From an uncultured Actinomycetes bacterium (GTDB lineage: Bacteria; Actinomycetota; Thermoleophilia; Gaiellales; JAICJC01), in assembly GCA_963797175.1 (NCBI GenBank), contig CAWCOL010000011.1:95853-159852 (forward strand): a stretch of DNA of 64,000 nucleotides. The letters are read 5' to 3'. A program made the position numbers and the translations under genes. Of the stretch, positions 37,577 through 47,177 are shown piece after piece. Each line of letters starts with the position of its first letter. Positions within the stretch are counted from its first letter, which is position 1. Below the pieces are notes generated by a model. It was not told where the DNA came from. It did no database searches and worked only from the letters and a program-made list of their open reading frames with translations.

Positions 37577-40267
37577 TTGTCTCTTCCCTCCACATCCACG
37601 GCACGGCGGGCGCCGCTCGAGCTGACCTTCGTCCCGCGGGGCGCCGAGGAGCCGCTGATGGGCTTCTACTCGCTGACGCCGCTGACGCCCGGCGGGTGGC
37701 TCGATCTGCTGGACGCCGCCGAACTCCCGCACGCGCTGCGGCGGCTGCCGCTGCGGCTCGACTTTGCCGGTGTGCAGCGCGACCTGGAGGCGCGATGTCT
37801 GCCCATGCTGCCGGCGCTGGCGTACCTGCTGGGGCCGAACGGCATCCCGGAGAGCGCGTCGGTACGGGCCTGGCGGCTCGCGGCGCGGCTGGTCGAGCGC
37901 GTGGTCGAGGCCGGCGGCGAGCCGCCTGACCTGGCCCGCTTCGCCGGGGCGTTCCCGATCCAGGCGCACGCGGCGCTGCTGGAGACGGTGGACGAGCCCG
38001 AGCCGCTGGACGCCCAGCAGGCGGTGGAGGCGTTCGTCCAGGCGGCGATGCGTGCGCTGGCCGGCGCGGTGCGCGAGCCGCGGGTGCTCTCGGCGCCGGA
38101 CAGCCACGCCGACCGGATCGACCTGACCGTGCTCGAGCCCGCCCTGCGCGTGGTGGCGCCCGACATGGGCGCGGTGGCGCCCGCCGTGACGCTGCGCGAC
38201 GGCCTGTCCAAGCTGGAGCTGACGCTGGAGCTGCCGCCGTCGCCCGACCTGCCCTGGCCGCTGCGCGTTCACCCACCCGACCTGCCGGCGCTACCCCGTG
38301 CGGCGCACGTGTTCCCGCCGCTGGCGCGAGTGCGCGACGGGCTGGTCGAGCTGAGCCTGGACGAGGTCGGCACGCTGCGCTCCGCCGCGGCCGCGCTCGC
38401 CTTCTCGGGCGCCACGGTGACGCTGCCGCGGCCGCTGCGCGAGGAGTCCGACCTCGACCTCGATCCGGCCACGCTCTCGTTCCGCTCGGGCCCGCTCTCG
38501 CTGGACGGCGCCGTCCGCTACGACCTGACCGCCGCGCTGGGCGGCATCCAGATCTCGGACGAGGAGTTCCAGGCGCTGGCCGCAGCGACGGAGCCGCTGG
38601 TGCGGATCGGCGGCGAGTGGCGGCTGCTCGGCACCAAGGCGCTGCGCCGGGCCCGGCAGCTGGCACAGCTCGCCCTGCACGGCAGCAGCGTCCCCGCCCT
38701 GACCGCGCTGGGGGCGACCCTGTCCGGCGCCGCGGAGGTGCGCGGGTTCGCCGTCGAGGTCAGCGAGGAGGGCGACGACGAGCTGCGCCGCCTGGCCGAC
38801 CGTCTGCGCGACGACGCGATGCGCGACCCGCTCGAGCCGGAGGCCGGCTTCAACGGCGTGCTCCGCCCCTACCAGCTGGTCGGGCTGGGGTGGCTGGTGC
38901 GCATGCGCGACCTGAGCCTGGGCGCGCTGCTGGCCGACGACATGGGGCTGGGCAAGACGGTGCAGCTGATCGCCCACCTGCTGGCGCGGCCCGCGTCGGA
39001 GGACGCGACCTCCCTGATCCTGTGCCCCGCCTCGGTGCTCGGCAACTGGAGCCGCGAGTTGCACCGGTTCGCGCCGCACCTCTCCTGCGTCATCCACCAC
39101 GGCCCTGACCGCACCCGCTCGATCGAGGAGCTGACGTCCCACGACGTCGTGCTGACCAGCTACTCGCTGCTGCCCCGTGACCGGCGGCTGCTCAGCGAGA
39201 ACGAGTGGGGGACTGTCGTGCTGGACGAGGCGCAGCAGGTGAAGAACCCGCTCACGCGCGGGGCGCAGGCGGCCCGGGCCCTGCGCTGCCGCCACCGCAT
39301 CGCGCTGACCGGCACCCCGATCGAGAACCGGCTGGACGAGCTGTGGTCGATCATGCACTTCCTCAACCCGGGGCTGCTGGACACCCGCACCGCGTTCCGG
39401 CGGGTCTACGCCAGCCCGATCGAGCGGCGCGGCGACGAGCTGGCGGCCGAGCGGCTGCGGCGCGTCACCCAGCCGTTCATCCTGCGCCGCCGCAAGACCG
39501 ACCCGGCCATCCTGCCCGACCTGCCGCCCCGTCAGGAGTCGAACGAGTACTGCACGTTGACCGTCGAGCAGGCGGCGCTCTACCAGGCGACGATCGACGC
39601 GATGCTGGGCCAGGTGCATGGCAGCGCCGGGATCGAGCGGCGCGGGCACGTGCTGGCGCTGCTGACGCGGCTGAAGCAGGTCTGCAACCACCCGGTGCAG
39701 GCGACCGGCCGGCCGGGGCCGCTGGCGGGGCGGTCGGGCAAGCTCGACCGGCTGGAGGAGATGCTGGCCGAGGCGCTGGACGAGGGCGACAGCTCGCTGG
39801 TCTTCACCCAGTACGCGGTGATGGGGCGGCTGCTGGTCGATCACCTGACGCGCACGTACGGCGTCGAGCGGCTGCTGCTGGACGGCTCCACGCCGATCCC
39901 GGAGCGCCAGCGGATCGTCGATCGCTTCCAGGAGGGCGGCGAGCCGCGCGTGCTGGTGCTGTCGCTGCGCGCCGGCGGCCTCGGCCTCAACCTGACGCAG
40001 GCCAACCACGTCTTCCACTTCGACCGCTGGTGGAACCCGGCCGTCGAGGACCAGGCCTCCGACCGCGCCCACCGGATCGGCCAGACCCGGGTGGTGCAGG
40101 TGCACCGGATGATCTGCGCGGGCACCATCGAGGAGCGGATCGACGAGCTGATCACCGCCAAGCGCGGCCTCTCCGAGCGCATCGTCGACCGCGGCGTCGA
40201 GACGGCGCTCTCGGAGCTGACCGACGGCGAGCTGGCCGAGCTGGTCGCGCTCCGCGCCGAGGCCTAG
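37577..40267 (+). CDS. SNF2-family helicase with a long N-terminal SNF2-associated region
   Basis: LRPYQLVGLGWL, DDMGLGKT, DEAQQVKN and helicase-C motifs (SLRAGGLGLNLT, QASDRAHRIGQ). The start is uncertain: TTG at 37577 or ATG at 37658. Confidence 0.85.
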   Translation: MSLPSTSTARRAPLELTFVPRGAEEPLMGFYSLTPLTPGGWLDLLDAAELPHALRRLPLRLDFAGVQRDLEARCLPMLPALAYLLGPNGIPESASVRAWRLAARLVERVVEAGGEPPDLARFAGAFPIQAHAALLETVDEPEPLDAQQAVEAFVQAAMRALAGAVREPRVLSAPDSHADRIDLTVLEPALRVVAPDMGAVAPAVTLRDGLSKLELTLELPPSPDLPWPLRVHPPDLPALPRAAHVFPPLARVRDGLVELSLDEVGTLRSAAAALAFSGATVTLPRPLREESDLDLDPATLSFRSGPLSLDGAVRYDLTAALGGIQISDEEFQALAAATEPLVRIGGEWRLLGTKALRRARQLAQLALHGSSVPALTALGATLSGAAEVRGFAVEVSEEGDDELRRLADRLRDDAMRDPLEPEAGFNGVLRPYQLVGLGWLVRMRDLSLGALLADDMGLGKTVQLIAHLLARPASEDATSLILCPASVLGNWSRELHRFAPHLSCVIHHGPDRTRSIEELTSHDVVLTSYSLLPRDRRLLSENEWGTVVLDEAQQVKNPLTRGAQAARALRCRHRIALTGTPIENRLDELWSIMHFLNPGLLDTRTAFRRVYASPIERRGDELAAERLRRVTQPFILRRRKTDPAILPDLPPRQESNEYCTLTVEQAALYQATIDAMLGQVHGSAGIERRGHVLALLTRLKQVCNHPVQATGRPGPLAGRSGKLDRLEEMLAEALDEGDSSLVFTQYAVMGRLLVDHLTRTYGVERLLLDGSTPIPERQRIVDRFQEGGEPRVLVLSLRAGGLGLNLTQANHVFHFDRWWNPAVEDQASDRAHRIGQTRVVQVHRMICAGTIEERIDELITAKRGLSERIVDRGVETALSELTDGELAELVALRAEA

Positions 40268-40276
40268 CCCACGCTC

Positions 40277-41008
40277 TCAGCCGGGCCGCAGGCGGCCGAG
40301 GCGGAGGCCGACGATCCAGTCGTGCGTCGCCTCGACGTGCCGCTCCAGCGCGGCGCGCGCCGCCATGGCATCGCCGGCGACCAGCGCGGCGACCAGCGGC
40401 TCGTGTCCGGCGGAGGAGACGCGGCGGGCCAGCTCGGGCCCGGGGACGGCCGCCAGGATCTCGCCCAGTTCCGCCTGGACGGTGGTCTCGGCCGCCACCA
40501 GCCGGGCGCTCTCCGACGCCTCGGCGACCGCGACGTGGAAGCCGCTGTCCGCCAGCCGGTAGGCGTCGAACGAGCCGCTTGCCTCCTCGACCGCCGCCGC
40601 CGCGGATGCGATGGCGGTGTGGCTCCGCGCCGACGCGCGGACGGCCGCAAGCGCCGCGGCCTCGCCCGAGACGGCACGCCGCCAATCGGTCAGCTCGCGC
40701 AGCTCGGCGGCGCCGGGCACGCGCCCGGCGGTGCTGAGCGATCGCGCGGCGCCCAGCGAGACGAACGAGCCGCCGCCGCGGCCGCGCCGGGTCTCCAGCA
40801 CGCCCGCCTCGCGCAGCACGGCCAGCGCCTGGCGCAGCGTCATCGGCGCCACCTCGAGCATCGCCGCCAGCTCGCTCTCGGGCGGGAGCCGCTCGCCCGG
40901 CGCCAGCACGCCCGATCCGACGGCCTCGCCGATGCGCCGGACGATGCCCTCGACGGCGCCCTCGACCTGGAGCGGGGCGAACACGGCGCGGCGGGCGATG
41001 GTGTCCAC
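40277..41008 (-). CDS. GntR/FadR-family transcriptional regulator (FCD domain)
   Basis: LPPESELAAMLEVAPMTLRQALAVLREAGVLETRRGRGGGSFV. Confidence 0.88.
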   Translation of the reverse strand: MDTIARRAVFAPLQVEGAVEGIVRRIGEAVGSGVLAPGERLPPESELAAMLEVAPMTLRQALAVLREAGVLETRRGRGGGSFVSLGAARSLSTAGRVPGAAELRELTDWRRAVSGEAAALAAVRASARSHTAIASAAAAVEEASGSFDAYRLADSGFHVAVAEASESARLVAAETTVQAELGEILAAVPGPELARRVSSAGHEPLVAALVAGDAMAARAALERHVEATHDWIVGLRLGRLRPG

Positions 41009-41017
41009 GGTTTGATA

Positions 41018-41039
41018 TTCTAACCGATAGATGTTAGAA
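41018..41039. promoter_or_regulatory. Candidate GntR operator: perfect 7-bp inverted repeat TTCTAAC-n8-GTTAGAA in an AT-rich divergent intergenic region
   Basis: Seen directly. It lies between the GntR start (41008) and the PhyH start (41073). Confidence 0.45.
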
Positions 41040-41072
41040 GTTTAGACAGACCGCGAGACGAGGAGCCACGCC

Positions 41073-41927
41073 GTGCAGCCCACCCAGGACCAGATCGACC
41101 GCTACCGCGAGGACGGGTTCGTGGTGGTCGAGCAGTTCGTGCCGATCGACGAGGTGGAGCGCGTGCGCGAGCACTTCGCCCGCTGCTTCGACCACGAGTG
41201 GGAGACCGGGCTGCGCCCCGACGAGGTCAACTACGAGCCGGGCATCACGCCGCCGGACAGGACGCGGCAGATGTGCAACCTGTGGAAGTCCGACCGGACG
41301 ATCGCCGCGACCACGCTGGCGGCGCGCCACGCCGAGTTCGCCGCGCGGCTGGACGGGGCGCCGGGTATGCGGCTCTTCATCGACAACGCGGTCTGGAAGC
41401 CGGGCGGCGGCAAGGCGGTGCTCGCCCATCAGGACGCGGCGTATCAGGGCGCGTTCGCCCCTGCGAACCTGACCACGTGCTGGATGGCGCTGGACGAGAC
41501 GCACGCCGACAGCGGCACCATCTACTACGCCCGCGGCTCCCACCTCTGGGGCCGGATGCCGATGGGCGGCCAGTTCCACGCGCCCGACGACTGGACGGCC
41601 TACATGCGCGACGTGGCGCCGACGGAGGTGGTGGACAGCGTGGAGTGGGTGCCGATCGAGGTGCCGCCCGGCGGCGTCGCCTTCCACGCCGGGTGGACGT
41701 TCCACGGCTCGCCCCCGAACGAGCGGGCCGACCGCGAGCGGCGGGCGATCATCAGCCACATGATGACGACCGAGACCACCTGGAGCCCGGACGTCGTGCA
41801 CGACGTCTACAGCCGCTACCGGCGGCCGGGGGAGGACGAGATCGACGAGGCCTTCTTCCCGGTGCTGTGGCGCGAGGACGGCTACCGCACGCCGTTCCTG
41901 GACGGCTACGCCGCCGCAGCCGTCTGA
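41073..41927 (+). CDS. Phytanoyl-CoA dioxygenase (PhyH) family Fe(II)/2-oxoglutarate oxygenase
   Basis: YREDGFVVVEQF..., HQDAAY, and a later H in GVAFHAGWTFHGS. RBS GACGAGGAG is upstream. Confidence 0.8.
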   Translation: MQPTQDQIDRYREDGFVVVEQFVPIDEVERVREHFARCFDHEWETGLRPDEVNYEPGITPPDRTRQMCNLWKSDRTIAATTLAARHAEFAARLDGAPGMRLFIDNAVWKPGGGKAVLAHQDAAYQGAFAPANLTTCWMALDETHADSGTIYYARGSHLWGRMPMGGQFHAPDDWTAYMRDVAPTEVVDSVEWVPIEVPPGGVAFHAGWTFHGSPPNERADRERRAIISHMMTTETTWSPDVVHDVYSRYRRPGEDEIDEAFFPVLWREDGYRTPFLDGYAAAAV

Positions 41928-41928
41928 C

Positions 41929-42639
41929 GTGATGGCGGGCGCGCTCACCCTGTGCTGCGCCGACATGGATGCGATGCCGCTGTTCCGCACGTTGCCCGGC
42001 GGCGGGCGTGACGGCTACGAGCCGGCCGCCGCCGTCCTGGTCGCCGAGCGGCTCGGCCTCGAGCTGCGCTGGGCCTTTCACCGCTGGGACCGGTTCCGGC
42101 CGGCGCTCGAGGCGGGCGCGGTGGATGCGATCTGGTGCGGGTCGGCCATCACCGAGGAGCGGCGGGCCGTGTTCGCCTACTCGCAGCCCTACGGCGCGTT
42201 CGACGAGGCGGTGCTGGTGCGGGCGGACTCGGGTATCGGCTCGGCGCGGGCGCTGGCCGGCCGCAGGATCGGCGCCATCGCCGGCAGCACCAACATGCGG
42301 TTGGCCCAGTCGCTCGACGCCGGCGAGCTGGTCGGCTTCGACGGCACGTCGGACGACGTCTTCGCCGAGATGGTCGAGGCCGTCCGCAGCGGGCGGCTGG
42401 ACGCGATGGTGGACGACGAGCCCGCATTCGGCAGCGTGACCGCGGATGGCGAGCTGGCGATCGCCCACGTCGTGCCCACCCAGAACCCGTGGGGCGCGGC
42501 GTGCCGGCTCGGCGACGACCGGACGGTCGCGCTGATCGACCGCGGCATCGGGCTGGCGCGGGCCGACGGATCGCTGGCGGGGGCGTGGCGCTGCTTCATG
42601 GGCGCGCGCCCCGTCCCGGCGGCGATACTGCCCGCATGA
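41929..42639 (+). CDS. Family-3 solute-binding-protein-like protein without a signal peptide
   Basis: GYEPAAAVLVAERLGLELRW...LEAGAVDAIWCGSAITEERRAVFAYSQPY is an SBP_bac_3-like pattern. The ORF starts 2 nt after the PhyH stop. Confidence 0.65.
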   Translation: MMAGALTLCCADMDAMPLFRTLPGGGRDGYEPAAAVLVAERLGLELRWAFHRWDRFRPALEAGAVDAIWCGSAITEERRAVFAYSQPYGAFDEAVLVRADSGIGSARALAGRRIGAIAGSTNMRLAQSLDAGELVGFDGTSDDVFAEMVEAVRSGRLDAMVDDEPAFGSVTADGELAIAHVVPTQNPWGAACRLGDDRTVALIDRGIGLARADGSLAGAWRCFMGARPVPAAILPA

Positions 42640-43703
42640 GCAACGCTGTCGACCTGCTCCGCCGGCTGGTGGAGCTGGAGAGCCCGACCGGCGACTCGGA
42701 GCGCATCCGCCGCGTCGGCGAGGCGATCGCCGTCGAGCTGGCCGGGCTGGGCGGCACCGTCCACCACGAGGGCGAGCCGGTGCGGGCGACGTTCGGGCCG
42801 CCCGCCGGCGGCGCGGGCCTGCTGCTGATCGCCCACATGGACACGGTCTGGCCGGCCGGGACGCTGGAGACGATGCCGTTTCGCGTCGACGGCGACCTCG
42901 CCCACGGCCCCGGCGCACTGGACATGAAGGGCGGCATCGTCGTCATCGCCGAGGCCCTGCGGATGCTCGGCCCACCGCGGCGGAGGATCACGGTGCTGGT
43001 GACGGCCGACGAGGAGATCGGCAGCCCCGCCGGGCGCCCGCTGGTCGAGGAGCTGGCCCGCACCGCCGAGGCGGCACTGGTGCTGGAGCCGCCGGTGCGC
43101 GACGGCACGATGACGACCAGCCGCTCGGGTCTGGCCCGTTACCAGCTGCGGATCGACGGCGAGGCGGCGCACGCGGGCCATGGCGGCCAGGGCATCTCGG
43201 CCATCGAGGAGCTCGCGCACCAGACGCTGGCGCTGCTCGAGCTGCGCGACCGCGAGCGCGGCATCCGCGTCAACGTCGGGCAGGTCGGCGGCGGCACCGG
43301 CGACAACGTGGTCGCCGCCGCCGCGTGGGCACGCATCGACGCCCGGGCCTGGACCGTGCCCGAGCAGGTCGAGCTCGAGCGGGCGATCCGCGGGCTGCGG
43401 CCCCGCGCCGGCGCTCGGCTGACGGTCACGGGCGGCGTCACCCGGCCGCCGATGCCGCGCAGCGACGCCACCGCCCGGCTGGCCGAGCGGGCCGTCGCGA
43501 TCGCCCGCGGGCTCGGCGAGGAGCTGTCCGAGAACGCCTCCGGCGGCGGCTCCGACGGCAACTTCGCCGCGGCGGTGGGCACGCCTGTGCTGGACGGGCT
43601 GGGACCGCGCGGCGCGGGCGCCCACGCCGACGACGAGCGCGTCTCGATCAGCTCGATCGGGCGCCGGGCGGAGCTGCTGGCCGCGCTGGTCGAGGGGCTC
43701 TAG
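42636..43703 (+). CDS. M20-family peptidase (carboxypeptidase G2-like)
   Basis: An ATG overlaps the TGA. Contains LVELESPTGD, IAHMDTV, DMKGG and TADEEIGS. Confidence 0.85.
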   Translation: MSNAVDLLRRLVELESPTGDSERIRRVGEAIAVELAGLGGTVHHEGEPVRATFGPPAGGAGLLLIAHMDTVWPAGTLETMPFRVDGDLAHGPGALDMKGGIVVIAEALRMLGPPRRRITVLVTADEEIGSPAGRPLVEELARTAEAALVLEPPVRDGTMTTSRSGLARYQLRIDGEAAHAGHGGQGISAIEELAHQTLALLELRDRERGIRVNVGQVGGGTGDNVVAAAAWARIDARAWTVPEQVELERAIRGLRPRAGARLTVTGGVTRPPMPRSDATARLAERAVAIARGLGEELSENASGGGSDGNFAAAVGTPVLDGLGPRGAGAHADDERVSISSIGRRAELLAALVEGL

Positions 43704-43710
43704 ACGTCCG

Positions 43711-45105
43711 TCAGACGTTCTTGACGGAGGTGACCAGGTTGACCAGCGACTCCTTGGCGTCGCCGAACAGCATGGTCGTCTTCTCGTCGTAGAACAGCTC
43801 GTTCTCGATGCCGGCGAAGCCGGTGCTCATCCCGCGCTTGAGCACGACCACGGCCGCCGACTCCTCCACGTTCAGCACCGGCATGCCGTAGATCGGGCTG
43901 CCCGGCGTCTTCTTCGCGGCCGGGTTGACCACGTCGTTGGCGCCGACCACCAGCGAGACGTCGGTGCGGGAGAACTCGCCGTTGATCTCGTCCATCTCGT
44001 AGAGCTGGGTGTACGGCACGTCGGCCTCGGCCAGCAGCACGTTCATGTGCCCCGGCATCCGGCCTGCGACCGGGTGGATCGCGTAGCGCACGTCCACGCC
44101 CTTGCGCTCGAGCTGGTCGGCCAGCTCGCGGACGACGTGCTGGGCCTGGGCGACGGCGAGGCCGTAGCCGGGGACGACGACGACGCGACGGGCGTAGGCC
44201 AGCATCACCGCGACGTCGTCCGCCGAGGCGGAGCGGACGGTGCCCGTCGCCCCGGCCATCGCCGCCGCGGGGCCGCCACCGCCCGTGCCGAACGCGCCGA
44301 AGACGACGTTGGCCAGCGACCGGTTCATCGCCCGGCCCATCATCTGGGTGAGCAGCGTGCCCGAGGCGCCGACCAGCGTGCCGGCGATGATCAGCATGTT
44401 GTTGTGCAGCACGAAGCCGGTCGCCGCGGCCGCCAGGCCGGTGAACGAGTTGAGCAGCGAGATCACGACCGGCATGTCGGCGCCGCCGATGGCCATCACC
44501 ATCACCACGCCCAGCAGCAGCGCCAGCGCGACCGCGATCGCCAGCACCGCCTCGCTGTTGTGGCCGGTCAGCAGGTACGCCGCCAGGGCCAGGATCGCGA
44601 CGAAGTTGACCGCGTTCAGCACCTTCTGGCCGGGCAGCGTGACGGGGCTGCCCGAGATCAGCTCCTGGAGCTTGCCGAACGCGATCATCGAGCCGGCGAA
44701 GCTGATGGCGCCGACGATCGCCGAGAACAGCGTCGAGATCAGGAAGCTCTTGCTGAGGTCGCCGCCAAACGCGATCCGGTCGTGGTACTCGGAGATGCTG
44801 ATCAGTGCGGCCGCGCCGCCGCCGACGCCGTTGAACAGCGCCACCATCTGCGGCATCGCGGTCATCTTGACGGCGCGCGCGGAGTAGGCGCCGATCGCGC
44901 CGCCGACGATCATGCCGATCAGGATCCAGCCCAGGTTGTGCGAGCCCGACTGCTTCAGCGTGACCAGGATCGCGACGGCCATGCCGGCCGCCGCGACGCG
45001 GTTGCCGCTGACGGCCGTGCGCGGCGATGAGAGCCGCTTGAGGCCGATGATGAAGGTGGCCGCACAGGCCAGGTAGGCGAGGTCGTACGCCTGCTGGCTA
45101 TCCAT
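43711..45105 (-). CDS. pntB: NAD(P) transhydrogenase subunit beta
   Basis: The N-terminal half is TM-rich. The C-terminal dIII domain has VPGYGLAVAQAQ and HPVAGRMPGHMNVLLAEA. Confidence 0.93.
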   Translation of the reverse strand: MDSQQAYDLAYLACAATFIIGLKRLSSPRTAVSGNRVAAAGMAVAILVTLKQSGSHNLGWILIGMIVGGAIGAYSARAVKMTAMPQMVALFNGVGGGAAALISISEYHDRIAFGGDLSKSFLISTLFSAIVGAISFAGSMIAFGKLQELISGSPVTLPGQKVLNAVNFVAILALAAYLLTGHNSEAVLAIAVALALLLGVVMVMAIGGADMPVVISLLNSFTGLAAAATGFVLHNNMLIIAGTLVGASGTLLTQMMGRAMNRSLANVVFGAFGTGGGGPAAAMAGATGTVRSASADDVAVMLAYARRVVVVPGYGLAVAQAQHVVRELADQLERKGVDVRYAIHPVAGRMPGHMNVLLAEADVPYTQLYEMDEINGEFSRTDVSLVVGANDVVNPAAKKTPGSPIYGMPVLNVEESAAVVVLKRGMSTGFAGIENELFYDEKTTMLFGDAKESLVNLVTSVKNV

Positions 45106-45403
45106 CCGCGTCCCGGTCTCCCGGCCGTCGCTTGAACATGTGCAGCATCCGGTCGGTGACCAGGAAGCCGCCCACCACGTTGATCGCGCCGAACGCGATC
45201 GCGATCGTCCCCAGCAGCTTGACCAGGTCGGAGTCGGATGACCCGGTGACGAGGATCGCGCCGACGATGACGATGCCGTGGATCGCGTTGGTGCCGCTCA
45301 TCAGCGGCGTGTGCAGCGTGGTCGGCACCTTCGAGATCAGCTCGATGCCGACGAACGCGGCGAGCACCAGCACCGTGATCTGGGTGACCAGCTCGGCGCT
45401 CAC
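45098..45403 (-). CDS. pntAB: NAD(P) transhydrogenase subunit alpha part 2
   Basis: 101-aa membrane protein, VLAAFVGIELISKVPTTLHTPLMSGTNAIHG. Confidence 0.9.
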   Translation of the reverse strand: MSAELVTQITVLVLAAFVGIELISKVPTTLHTPLMSGTNAIHGIVIVGAILVTGSSDSDLVKLLGTIAIAFGAINVVGGFLVTDRMLHMFKRRPGDRDADG

Positions 45404-46530
45404 GCGGGGGCCCCCTGCAGCAGGCGGGAGACGATCCGGCCGCCGTGCGTGATGCAGGCGTCGGCCACGATCTCGTCCTCGAAGTCGATCGCGAGCTCGC
45501 CCTCGGGGGCGATCAGGTCGAGCAGGCTGGTGATGTTGCGGGCGAACATCTGGCTGGCGTGCAGCGGCATGGTGGAGGGCAGGTTGAGCGTGCCGACGAT
45601 GGTGACGCCCTCGCGGACGACGACCTGGCCCGGCTCCGTCAGCTCGCAGTTGCCGCCGGTCTCGGCCGCGAGGTCGACGATCACCGAGCCGGTGCGCATG
45701 CCGGCGACGGCGTCGGCGGTGATCAGGCGCGGGGCGGGCCGGCCGGGGATGAGGGCGGTGGTGACGACGACGTCGCTGTCCATCACGTGCCGCTTGACCA
45801 GATCCTGCTCCAGGGCGTGCTGGGCCTCGGTCAGCTCGGTCGCGTAGCCGCGCGAGTCCTCGCCCTCCTCGACGTCCAGCTCGAGCTCGACGAAGGTCGC
45901 GCCCAGGCTCTGCACCTGCTCCTTGACGACCGGGCGGGTGTCGAACGCGGAGACGACGGCGCCCAGCCGGCGGGCCGTCGCGATGGCCTGGAGGCCGGCG
46001 ACGCCGGCGCCGAGGATCAGCACCTTGGCGGGCGGGATCGTGCCGGCCGCGGTCATCAGCATCGGATAGAACTTGGGCAGCTCGCCCGCGGCGATCAGCA
46101 CCGCCTTGTAGCCGGACACGGTTGCCTGTGAGGACAGCGCGTCCATCGACTGTGAGCGGGTGATGCGGGGGATCGCGTCCAGGCTGAACGCGGTCAGCTC
46201 GGCCGCCGCGAGCCGATCGACCAGGTCGCGGTTGGAGAGCGGCTGGAAGAGGCCGATCAGCGCGCTGCCTGGGCGGAGCCCGGCGATCCAGCGCTCGTCC
46301 GGCGCGCCGACGGTGACCAGCGCGTCGGCGGCGGCCAGCAGGTCGGGCTCGGTCGCGGCGACCTGGGCGCCCGCGTCGGTGTAGAGCGCGTCCGGCAGCG
46401 CGGCGCGGTCGCCGGCGCCGGACTGGAGCAGCACCTCGACGCCGCGGCCGGTCAGCCGGCCGGTCGCGTCCGGCGTGAGGGCCACGCGCCGCTCGTTCTC
46501 GCGGAGCTCGGTGGGGACGGCGACCTTCAT
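45400..46530 (-). CDS. pntAA: NAD(P) transhydrogenase subunit alpha part 1
   Basis: MKVAVPTELRENERRVALTPD and GAGVAGLQAIATARRLGA. Confidence 0.93.
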   Translation of the reverse strand: MKVAVPTELRENERRVALTPDATGRLTGRGVEVLLQSGAGDRAALPDALYTDAGAQVAATEPDLLAAADALVTVGAPDERWIAGLRPGSALIGLFQPLSNRDLVDRLAAAELTAFSLDAIPRITRSQSMDALSSQATVSGYKAVLIAAGELPKFYPMLMTAAGTIPPAKVLILGAGVAGLQAIATARRLGAVVSAFDTRPVVKEQVQSLGATFVELELDVEEGEDSRGYATELTEAQHALEQDLVKRHVMDSDVVVTTALIPGRPAPRLITADAVAGMRTGSVIVDLAAETGGNCELTEPGQVVVREGVTIVGTLNLPSTMPLHASQMFARNITSLLDLIAPEGELAIDFEDEIVADACITHGGRIVSRLLQGAPA

Positions 46531-46592
46531 TGGCGCGCCATCCTACCCGGAGCGTCCGCCGGGGCAGCGGCGAACCGTCCGGCCCGATCGGG

Positions 46593-47177
46593 TCAGAGGG
46601 CCAGCGTGTTCGGGCCGGCGCGCTCGCGGTCGGCCTCGTAGCGATCGATCTCGGCCATCCGCAGCTCGGTCAGCGCGATCTCGTCCCACCCGTTCAGCAG
46701 CCGCTCGCGCACCGCGTCGTCCATCGCGAAGGCCACCTCGCGGCCGGAGGGCAGCGTCACCATCAGCCGCTCCAGATCGACGGTCGCCGGCTCCGGCGCG
46801 CGGTCGAACAGCTCGCGCACGTCGGCCTCGCCCAGCTCGACCGGCAGCAGCCCGACCTTCGTGCAGTTGGTGCGGAAGATGTCCGAGAAGCTGGGGGCGA
46901 TCACCGCCTCGAAGCCGTAGTCCTGGATCGCCCAGGCGGCATGCTCGCGCGACGACCCCGAGCCGAAGTTGCGCCCGGCGGCGAGGATCGGTGCGCCCGC
47001 GAACTCCGGCCGCCGCAGCGCGAAGCCGTCATCCTTCATCCAGTCCCAGAACAGGAACTCGCCGTAGCCGGTGCGCTCGATCCGCTTCAGGAACTGCTTG
47101 GGGATGATCTGGTCGGTGTCCACGTCGGCGCGGTCGAGCGCCGCGACCGGCCCGGACACGATGCGCACCGGCTTCAT
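46593..47177 (-). CDS. leuD: 3-isopropylmalate dehydratase small subunit
   Basis: [20 protein letters not shown] and [13 protein letters not shown]. The ATG at 47177 overlaps the leuC TGA. Confidence 0.93.
   Translation of the reverse strand: MKPVRIVSGPVAALDRADVDTDQIIPKQFLKRIERTGYGEFLFWDWMKDDGFALRRPEFAGAPILAAGRNFGSGSSREHAAWAIQDYGFEAVIAPSFSDIFRTNCTKVGLLPVELGEADVRELFDRAPEPATVDLERLMVTLPSGREVAFAMDDAVRERLLNGWDEIALTELRMAEIDRYEADRERAGPNTLAL

Noticed and set aside
37577-40267. SNF2 helicase as part of a phage-defence system (DISARM-like or similar).
   Set aside because: No methyltransferase, PLD, DUF1998 or other defence partners are adjacent. The neighbours are metabolic and regulatory genes on other strands.
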